Source: Oscillospiraceae bacterium
GTDB taxonomy: Bacteria; Bacillota; Clostridia; Oscillospirales; Oscillospiraceae
Direction: 5' to 3'
DNA: 64,000 nt
Assembly: GCA_045640125.1 (NCBI GenBank)
Contig: JAZUEL010000040.1
Coordinates: forward strand, 4,305-68,304
This document shows, one piece after another, positions 17,119-25,000 of the stretch (position 1 is the stretch's first letter; each line of letters opens with the position of its first letter). Under the pieces are notes generated by a model. It had not been told where the DNA came from. It saw only the letters and a program-made list of their open reading frames with translations, and searched no databases. Position numbers and translations under genes: made by a program.

Positions 17119-18729
17119 TCAATCTTCAACGGGGGCGCGGAGTTTATCCATGTCGATCTGATTGAGCTTCACTGCCACGCGCAGCAGTTCAAGCTGCAGA
17201 AGGAAGCCGTTGAGCGCCGGAAGCAGGTAGCCGAGGATCGTGCCGAGCAGAATGGCGAGCGGGTAAACGCTCTCCGGCACGCCGCAGGCGGTGAACATGA
17301 TCGGCATGACCGCGAACACGGAGCCCGGGATGGGCGGCGCGGCAATGGCGAGGATGACCGATACGATCACGACACGCGCGAAAACCGAGCCCGTGAGCAC
17401 CGTACCGGTGACGGAGGCGAGCGAAAGCACCGTGAGTCCGAGGAAGACCGCCCCGCAGGGCATATATACCACAACGCCGAGCGGCAGCGCAAAGTCCGTG
17501 AGCTTTTCGTCGATGCCGAACTTGTCCTTGCAGCAGTGCATATTCTCCGGCAGCGCCGCGACCTGCGAGCTCGTGGTGAGGTTGATCATCAGCGTGGGCA
17601 GGGTCTTGCGGAAGATGAGGCCAAAGGGGACACCTGTGAGGATGCGGGTGCGGAGGATAGAAATAACAATCAGCACCGCACAGCAGACCGCAAAGAGGAT
17701 AAACACCCGCCCGACCGAGATAAACTCGCGCGGATCGCTGCTGTACATCAGATTGAAAATGCCAAAGAACACCACGAGCGGCAGCAGCTTGCAAACAACC
17801 GCCATCATACGGTTGATCAGGGTCGAGGCCTCGCGGATGATCGCGTTGAGTCCGCGAAGCTGATTGCCGAGGATCAGCATGACCACGCCCATGAAGATGG
17901 CGAGCGCAATGACCTGCAGATCGTTGTCGATGGTGAAGGGGTACAGGAGATTGTCCGGAACGATGTCCAGCACAAGCTGCACCGTCTGCGCCAGAACGCC
18001 GCCGGAGCTGTCTGTGCCGCCGCCGATGGGGTAGGAGAGCAGAGCTGCAAGAGCGATGGCTACCGCCGCGAGCAGATAGGCTATGCCCATCGCGCCGCAG
18101 ACCCGTTTGCCGATGCGCCCGAAAGAGGCTGCGTCATCCAGTCCCGTGATGCCTGTGATGACCGCGAGGAAGACGAGCGGTGTTGCCAACGCGGCGATCA
18201 CTGCGGTGAGCTTGTTGAAAACAGGCAGTGTGATGCCGGTATAGATGATCTCTGCCGCGTTGGGAGCAACAGAAGAAAGCAGGAGACAGGACACTACGGC
18301 CAGCACCAGCGCGCTCAGCATCAAAAAGAGCATCCGGTTTTTGACCGGACCGAGCTCCGCCGGAAGTGTGACGCAGTTCATATGCCGCCGTGCTATGTAG
18401 GAATAGCGCGGACGCACATCCAGTCGGCTCAGAATATCGTAGGCGAATTGCAGTTCGTCCTCCGGCTGCGCCACGGGGTCGATCTGCGGACCGTCCTGAC
18501 GCAGCTCGAATGTAAGCTGACCGAAGCGTTTACGCCCGACGATGCGGCAGGGCGTCTCCGTGCCGTAAAAGCGGCGGAATTTGATGAGCAGCTCCTCCAC
18601 GGCGAGGCGCATTTTCGTCTCGACGATGGCGCGTTTGCCCGCCTGCTTCAGATATTCCTGCGCGACCTCCTGCGACCATTCGGCAATGACCTCGTTGGTC
18701 AGGATGGCTTCGCGTTTGTAAAAGATCAT
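17119..18729 (-). CDS. Dicarboxylate/amino acid:cation symporter (DAACS/SDF family) with an extra ~125-aa N-terminal soluble domain
   Basis: Polytopic membrane core with family signatures (NLTTSSQVAALP, MPCGAVF, IAAPPIPGS). The ATG at 18729 (MIFYKREA...) has a GAGGTG RBS. The ORF-track start at 18807 remains possible. Confidence 0.75.
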   Translation of the reverse strand: MIFYKREAILTNEVIAEWSQEVAQEYLKQAGKRAIVETKMRLAVEELLIKFRRFYGTETPCRIVGRKRFGQLTFELRQDGPQIDPVAQPEDELQFAYDILSRLDVRPRYSYIARRHMNCVTLPAELGPVKNRMLFLMLSALVLAVVSCLLLSSVAPNAAEIIYTGITLPVFNKLTAVIAALATPLVFLAVITGITGLDDAASFGRIGKRVCGAMGIAYLLAAVAIALAALLSYPIGGGTDSSGGVLAQTVQLVLDIVPDNLLYPFTIDNDLQVIALAIFMGVVMLILGNQLRGLNAIIREASTLINRMMAVVCKLLPLVVFFGIFNLMYSSDPREFISVGRVFILFAVCCAVLIVISILRTRILTGVPFGLIFRKTLPTLMINLTTSSQVAALPENMHCCKDKFGIDEKLTDFALPLGVVVYMPCGAVFLGLTVLSLASVTGTVLTGSVFARVVIVSVILAIAAPPIPGSVFAVMPIMFTACGVPESVYPLAILLGTILGYLLPALNGFLLQLELLRVAVKLNQIDMDKLRAPVED

Positions 18730-18880
18730 CACAGTCACCTCGATCTGTGGATATATCAGCTTCATAGAAGATATACCTATTATAGGCGTTCCCGCTTTCT
18801 TTTGCAAGAAGCGCCCATGATCATCCTATCGTTCCGGCTTCACGGGTTTTTGGTATGCTCCTGTGTTTCTACAAACTTAC

Positions 18881-18947
18881 AAAAAATTGACCTTTCATCT
18901 TTGAAACGACAGAATGGTGTCGGCAGATGAAAGGTCAGTTCTTTTTT
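18881..18947. terminator. Bidirectional terminator-like hairpin just inside the right end of the element
   Basis: 12-bp perfect stem TGACCTTTCATC / GATGAAAGGTCA with a 26-nt loop, flanked by an A6 run on one side and a T-rich run on the other. Confidence 0.5.
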
Positions 18948-18999
18948 GTATGTAGGTTACTGTGAAGAAACCGCAAACCATTGGCACACAAGGACTTTC

Positions 19000-19551
19000 C
19001 TATGTTGCACTCAGCTCGCAGTTCCATTGGATTGCGCTCATGCCGAGAGAGTTTACGGTGGAAATGACATCGTCATCATACTCGCCGTAGGGGCAGCGGA
19101 ACAGGGTGGGAGCTTCGCCGGTGATGGCTTCGATTTTCTGGTTGCAGGCTGTGACCTGCTGTATGATCTCGCTTTCCGAAAGCTTCGCCATGTGGGGATG
19201 GTCGTCGGAATGGTTGCCCAACTCCATGCCTGCGTCGTAGAGCTGCTGCACGCTTTCGGGGTACTTATCCGCCCACATACCGACCAGAAAGAAGGTGGCC
19301 TTAACGCCGTATCGGTTGAGAATGTTGATCAGCTCCTCGGTGTCTTCGTTGCCCCATGCTGCGTCGAAGCTCAGTGCGACGGTTTTGTTGTCCCGCTGTA
19401 CGCAGTAGATGGGGAGCTCTCGTGTCGCCGCCGCGGCACCGACGATTGCCGGACTTGTCACTGCCCACAGGATCGCCGCTGCCGCGAACACAAAAGCGAC
19501 CGCGCCGATGAGCTTTCGGTATCTCCTCAGTATGTACCGTGTCTTTTCCAA
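19000..19551 (-). pseudogene. 5' (N-terminal) half of the split PdaB-like CE4 polysaccharide deacetylase gene
   Basis: TTG start at 19551 with a GGAGGT RBS 8 nt upstream. N-terminal TM helix. NodB motif 1 variant (ALSFDAAWGNED), motif 2 (NHSDDHPH) and motif 3 (FRCPYG) are present. Homology ends at ...LGMSAIQWNC, then the element-derived residues ELSAT* follow. Motifs 4-5 are missing here and are found at 11218-11460. Confidence 0.85.
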
Positions 19552-19633
19552 ACTGTATTACCTCCGTTTCGGTTTTGGTACATCCTATGACACGACCCCG
19601 CCGTATATTTGTCCTTTTTGTTGGGCGTTGTCA

Positions 19634-19662
19634 TTGACATTCGGAGCACAATATGCTATCAT
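19634..19662 (+). promoter_or_regulatory. Sigma-A-type promoter for malQ
   Basis: TTGACA (19634-19639), 17-nt spacer, extended -10 TGCTATCAT (19654-19662). Confidence 0.55.
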
Positions 19663-19747
19663 CAAGCAGCATCTTTAAGGCGATACTTTGATATCGGCAA
19701 GATCAAAAAAACGCACCGCCGCCGGAAAGCGGCTGTGTTATTGCGTG

Positions 19748-19778
19748 TCCTTGCCGATTCGGCAGGGGCTTTTTTCTT
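19748..19778 (+). terminator. Intrinsic terminator-like hairpin inside the malQ 5' leader (candidate attenuator)
   Basis: Stem CCTTGCCG / CGGCAGGG followed by GCTTTTTTCTTT. It ends ~6 nt before the AAGGAG RBS of malQ. Confidence 0.5.
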
Positions 19779-19796
19779 TAAGAAAAGGAGTGCGGT

Positions 19797-21347
19797 ATGA
19801 ACGTAGTAAGGCTCAAAATTCAATCACCCTCGGGCAAGCCTTACAGCGCGATGAAGAACATGAAGTTTGAAAGAAGCAGCGGCGTGCTGATGCCGATATT
19901 CTCGCTTCCATCGCCCTATGGAATCGGTACTCTCGGGCGGGCGGCGTATGAGTTTGTTGATTTTCTGGCCGAGGCGGGACAGCGCTGGTGGCAGATCCTG
20001 CCCCTCAGTGTGACCGGCTACGGCGACAGCCCCTATTCGCCCTTGTCCACTTTTGCGGGAAACCCGTATTTTATCGACCTCGATATGCTGATCGCGGACG
20101 GTCTGCTCACGGCGGAGGATGTGTCCGTCGATTTTGGCGGCGACTGCGAATATGTCGATTACGGCTTAATGTTCCGAAACCGTCTCAGGGTACTTCGCCG
20201 CACCTATGAGCGCGGGCGGGAGATCAGGGCGGAGGCGCTCGCGGAGTTTTGTCATCAAAATCCTTGGGTCGAGGACTTCGCGTTGTTCATGGCAGCCAAG
20301 GCGCACTTCGGCATGAAAAGCTGGTGCGACTGGGAGGATGATGCACTGAAACGGCGGGAAAGCGGAGCGGTTGTCAAATACCGCCGTATGCTCGCGGAGG
20401 AGATTGAGTTGCACTGCTTTATCCAAATGCTGTTTTTCGAGCAGTGGAGCCGCCTGAAACGCTATGCCAACGACAAGGGCATACGCATACTCGGCGATCT
20501 GCCGATCTATGTGGCGATGGACTCGGCGGATGTGTGGCTTGAGCCGGAGCAGTTTTTGCTGGACGGCGAGCTTCAGCCGACGGTCGTGGCCGGTGTGCCG
20601 CCCGATGCTTTCACCGAGGACGGTCAGCTCTGGGGCAATCCCATCTATGACTGGGAGCGAATGCGCTCGGAGAATTATGAATGGTGGGAACGGCGGCTGG
20701 ACGGCGCTTCGCACCTGTACGATGCGCTTCGTATCGACCATTTTCGCGGCGTGGACAGCTATTGGGCCGTTCCGGCGGGGGATGAAACCGCCAAAGATGG
20801 CACATGGCGGGACGGCCCCGGTTTGTCGCTGGTGGTGAGCATCAAAACACGCTTTGCGGATATCCGCTTCATCGCGGAGGATCTGGGTCTTCTGACAGAC
20901 CGCGTGCGTCAGCTCGTGAAGGACTCCGGCTTTCCCGGGATGAAGGTGCTGGAATTCGCCTTCGATGCACGCGACCGAAGTGCGTATCTGCCTGAATACT
21001 GCAACGAGGACAGCGTCTGCTACCTCGGCACGCACGACAACGATACCGTACGCGGCTGGGAGTCGTCGCTCTGTGCAGCGGACAGAGCCTTCGCGCAGGA
21101 TTATATGAACATCACCGAGGACGAAGGCTGGTGCTGGGGAATGATCCGCACAGGCATGAACACACGCTCCTGCCTGTTCGTCGCGCAGATGCAGGACATA
21201 CTGGAGCTGGATACTTCGGCGCGAATAAACATCCCGGGCACGGACTCCGGCAACTGGCGCTGGCGGATGAGGCCGGACGCACTCAGTCCCGAACTGGTCG
21301 AAAAGCTCAGACGATACACCACCCAAAGCGGTCGCATAGTCAAGTGA
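19797..21347 (+). CDS. malQ: 4-alpha-glucanotransferase (amylomaltase, GH77)
   Basis: SSGVLMPIFSLPSPYGIGTLG N-terminal signature, RIDHFRG, and GNPIYDW / GTHDNDT motifs. AAGGAG RBS 7 nt before the ATG at 19797. Confidence 0.9.
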   Translation: MNVVRLKIQSPSGKPYSAMKNMKFERSSGVLMPIFSLPSPYGIGTLGRAAYEFVDFLAEAGQRWWQILPLSVTGYGDSPYSPLSTFAGNPYFIDLDMLIADGLLTAEDVSVDFGGDCEYVDYGLMFRNRLRVLRRTYERGREIRAEALAEFCHQNPWVEDFALFMAAKAHFGMKSWCDWEDDALKRRESGAVVKYRRMLAEEIELHCFIQMLFFEQWSRLKRYANDKGIRILGDLPIYVAMDSADVWLEPEQFLLDGELQPTVVAGVPPDAFTEDGQLWGNPIYDWERMRSENYEWWERRLDGASHLYDALRIDHFRGVDSYWAVPAGDETAKDGTWRDGPGLSLVVSIKTRFADIRFIAEDLGLLTDRVRQLVKDSGFPGMKVLEFAFDARDRSAYLPEYCNEDSVCYLGTHDNDTVRGWESSLCAADRAFAQDYMNITEDEGWCWGMIRTGMNTRSCLFVAQMQDILELDTSARINIPGTDSGNWRWRMRPDALSPELVEKLRRYTTQSGRIVK

Positions 21348-21360
21348 CAATCAATATAAA

Positions 21361-21399
21361 TCTCCCTTTAGAGTCGAGTCTAAAGGGAGATTTGTTGTT
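21361..21399 (+). terminator. Intrinsic terminator after malQ
   Basis: 12-bp stem TCTCCCTTTAGA / TCTAAAGGGAGA, 6-nt loop, then TTTGTTGTT. Confidence 0.75.
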
Positions 21400-21410
21400 A
21401 TAGAAACAGA

Positions 21411-21607
21411 TTATTTGTTCAGCCGCTCGAGAACATTTTCCAGCGCATCCTGCACGTCCTCCTCAAAGCTGGGATGCGGGCGCATGACGCGGAGTATCTA
21501 CTCCGCGATCACGCAGGAATACTGCATCGGCATGAGGTAAGCGCCGAACTCCATAATCTTTGCGCCCATGTCCACGTGGGTCTTATAAAGGGGTGTTTTT
21601 TCTCCAT
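21411..21607 (-). pseudogene. Degenerate remnant containing the first ~33 codons of an aminomethyltransferase (GcvT-like) gene
   Basis: The minus strand reads ATG GAG A6 ... then, after a 1-nt frame slip in the A-run, KTPLYKTHVDMGAKIMEFGAYLMPMQYSCVIAE*. This matches the GcvT N-terminal pattern (TPLY..H...GAK...F.G..MP.QY....EH) and then stops at 21498-21500. The remaining ~85 nt do not look like GcvT. Confidence 0.5.
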
Positions 21608-21983
21608 GAAAACCTTCTAAATATGTAAGTAAGTCATTTTACAAACAAAATAAAAAGAAGCGATCCGGTTTTTAAATCCGATCACGTCTTTGAAGAGTAT
21701 TTTGAGAAGACAGAACTTTACAACATAATTTGTCCATATTTCGTGCTCTCCGAAATACTTTTGTAATTAAATGTTATCATTCGTACATGGTGCTGTCAAA
21801 GAGAGAATAAAACTTTTTTGCGATGCTTGACGTATAAAAAAGGAAAAAATTTCTGTAATCCTTTCAGTATTGGCATTTGACAGTTTTTGTAGTAGAATAA
21901 AAATGTATATCTATAAGTTTTTTGCATTCAGAATTTGCAGATCGGACAAAACCCGATCACGTTACATAAAAAAGGGGCACGTT

Positions 21984-22061
21984 ATGAGACTACGCAGAGG
22001 ATTGTTTTTCATTTTGGTCATGGTGGCGGCACTCGTTCTGCTGTCGATTTCCGCGTTTGCG
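21984..22061 (+). other. Sec signal peptide of the giant protein
   Basis: MRLRRGLFFILVMVAALVLLSISAFA|EE: basic n-region, hydrophobic core, AFA cleavage motif. Confidence 0.7.
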
Positions 22062-25000
22062 GAGGAATACGAGCAGACTGCGGCGGAGCTGCTGACAGAA
22101 ACAGTGGAGCCGACTGAGCCGGAGCTGCTGACGGCAGCGGAGGCGCAATCGGCAGAAGCGCTGTCGGCATCCGACCCGACCGAAGCGGGCAGCGATGCGG
22201 ATGTTTCGAATCCCCTCGCGCCCAAGGAGGGCTCCGCTCAGATCGTGGAATACGTGGAGGAGGACTCGCCGGACGAAAACCATGTGGACGAGCTGATCGA
22301 TGATATTCAGGACACGGAGCCGCAGGCGACCGATACGACGGTCAACGATGTTCCCTCGGTCACTCATATTGTGAATCGAGATGTTGCGACCGAAGATGTC
22401 GTGGACGAATACTACACCCTCACCGAAACCGGCCAGATCGTGGAGATCAACACGGATGCCTATCCTTTGCCCAAGGATGTGACGAGCACAGAAGAACGTC
22501 CCTTTAACAATATTCAGACGACTCTTGAAGTATATAATTCCGAAAACGCGATCCAGAAAGCCGTGGACCGCGCGCTGCAAAATATATCCGCTGAAAGCCG
22601 TTCTGTTACCATCTCCGTGGCCCCCGGGGAATATGACGGCGGTCTCACTGTCCGAAAGGACACTGCCGCGTCCGGCGTGAACTGGGATAGCTTTACTCTC
22701 TATATCGTTGCGGACGATGCCTATACGCCCGCGGCGGAAGATGGCGCGGTATACGATAAGTCGAGCATCCACGCCGGCGGCGCGGGGAATGCGCACCTGA
22801 ACGGTGATATCAAGATCGACGGCGTGAACGTCTTTTTTGCCGGACTTCTTTTCTCTATGCAGAATCCGATGATCGTGACCGATGCGGACGTGACGATCAA
22901 AGGCACCGCGCAGAGCGACAGCGTCGCGGTCGATGCCTCCGGCTCGAAGAATCTTGTGATCGACACGGGCAGCGGGAACGACAAAATCAATGTCAGCTCC
23001 TCCGGTGGCGGGGGAGGCGACGGCAAAGGCCGCATAGAACTCTACGGCGGAGCCGGTGACGACAGCTTCGGCATCGACATCAGCGCCGCGGACTACAGCG
23101 CGGATGCCACCGTTTCCGGCGGCGCGGGGCGCGATACGCTCGAGCTGACGGGTGCGCTCATGCCCGACGGAGCGGGCAGCACGGTCAGCAAAAACGCCGG
23201 CGCATTGCCCGTTCTGATTCTTCAGAACGCTGCCGCTCATACCATCAACATTCACAGCGACACCGAGCTGTTCACCGATTCTCTGGAAAACAAGAAGACG
23301 GCGGAGCTCGGCGCTGCCGATGTCCGTGACGGTGTGATCACGCTTCCGGCCGAGGGCTCGGTCTTTGTGGACTACGTCATCGACCTTAAAAACGCCGCTT
23401 TTATGGACGGCGATAAAGTCATGGCCGTTTCCTCCGCGAACAGCGACTGCTTCCTTGCCGGACTGATCCTGAACGGCGACGGAAAAGCCTTCACGCTGGG
23501 CAACATCACGGCACCCGGCATGAATGTCCGCATCCTCGGGCGCGAGATTACGCTCGACAATGGTGCAGTTGTCAAGGTCGGCAATCTGACGATCCTGGCG
23601 AGTGATAACGACGGCCTGATCGAATACGAGGAGCTGGGTGATTTCAACATCGGCGGCATCGTGGACGGTGCCAGGATTGAATTTTTGGAAGGTTCACAGG
23701 TCGAGGCGGATGGCTCGGTCATCCTGCAGGCCGCCACCGACCAGACGCACGTTCTCATCCCGTTTTCCAAGCGTCTTAACCCCATTGTCGTGAAGATCGG
23801 GAACGCCTCCGTGATCCTGCGCGGTCAGATCATCGCCGCGGGCAATATCGAGGCGACAACGAAGCAGACGGTCACGGTCGATGCGAGCAACGGTCTGCTC
23901 GCCGGAGCTTATGTGCCGGTGTCGGTGAATGTCGCGCTTTCGGACAGCATCGTGGAACTCAAAAACGGCGCACGGCTTGAAGCCGGCGGCTCCGTGGAGC
24001 TGAGTGCATTGAGCGACATCACGGTCACGGCGCATGGCATCACGGGTAAGCTGTCCTTCATTCTCGCGGTCTCGGTCGTGTCCGCCGATACCCATGTGGA
24101 TGTCGCCGGCGACATCCAGGCGGGCGGCTCGGTCATTCTGACCGCTGACAGCAAGATAAACGACGATACTAACGCCGCCAACCGTTCCGACGCAAAGATC
24201 ACCATTGCCGTGGATGAGGACGGCAACCCCATCGGTGATGCCGCGCAGACCATCCCGAGCCAGTACGGCATCTATGTGGCGATCGCGGTCGTGGATGCGG
24301 ATACATACGCCAGGATCGGCGGCAACGCCAATGTGGAAGCAGGGGAGGACGTGCTCATCACCTCTAACTCCACGGTGATCAACAACTCGACGGCACGCAG
24401 CGCCGACGCGAAGATCGCGGGCGCGGAGGCTGCCGGTACCGAGACCATCAACAATGCGGCGGATCTCTTCCTCACCGCGCTTGATCTGGTCTACGGCCGC
24501 TTCGGAATGTCCGAATACGACGAGCGGCTTAAACAGGCGGAGAATCAGGTCATCGCCACGACTGGTTATAAAGTAAACGCCGAATCCAACGCGGGCGGCA
24601 CCGTTTCGACCGTGAGCCGCGCGAAGGAGGGAGACTGCGTCGATATCACCATCATCCCGGAGGAGGGCTATACGCTCGGCTCCATCACTATGAAATATCT
24701 CGCGGGCGACAAATGGATCGACGAAGTCAAAGTAGATCCGCAGGATACCGAAGGCGGCATCTACTACGCATTCCTTATGCCCGCCGCGAATGTGACCCTG
24801 TCCGCCGTGTTCGTCGAGGCAGAGGGTGACGAGGACCCCATCGTGAATCGTGAAAGCGGGGAGTCCTCGGTCAGTGCTTTCGATGCGCTGAATGCCGCCA
24901 ATGAGGAATACTTCCGCACCGTTGAGTACGGAAGTGCCTATACCATCGAGGGCTCGGGCTCCGCCGAGGAGCATGGCTTTATTTCCGCGAACACCAAGAC

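Larger units (their letters stand above)
11461..19017. mobile_element. ~7.56-kb integrated element with a large serine recombinase, inserted within the PdaB-like gene (skin-like intervening element candidate)
   Basis: Bounded by the two halves of one CE4 gene on the same strand. The dinucleotide TC occurs at both junctions (11459-11460 and 19016-19017). The termini are imperfect inverted repeats: CCTAAATGCAACAGAT... and ...CTATGTTGCACTCAGC. It carries a serine recombinase (15287-16744) and compositionally foreign cargo. Confidence 0.8.

Noticed and set aside
17116-18930. 604-aa plus-strand ORF overlapping the DAACS transporter gene
   Set aside because: Its extremely Arg/Asp/His/Glu-rich translation (RDGRRGNGEDDRYDHDTRENRAREHR...) is a mirror-frame artefact. 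The minus-strand frame encodes a bona fide polytopic transporter.
21870-21983. TTG start at 21870 for the giant ORF (adds 38 residues)
   Set aside because: No RBS, and the extension (MAFDSFCSRIKMYIYKFFAFRICRSDK...) would bury the signal peptide. The ATG at 21984 has a properly spaced AAAGGGG RBS and begins the n-region of the signal peptide.
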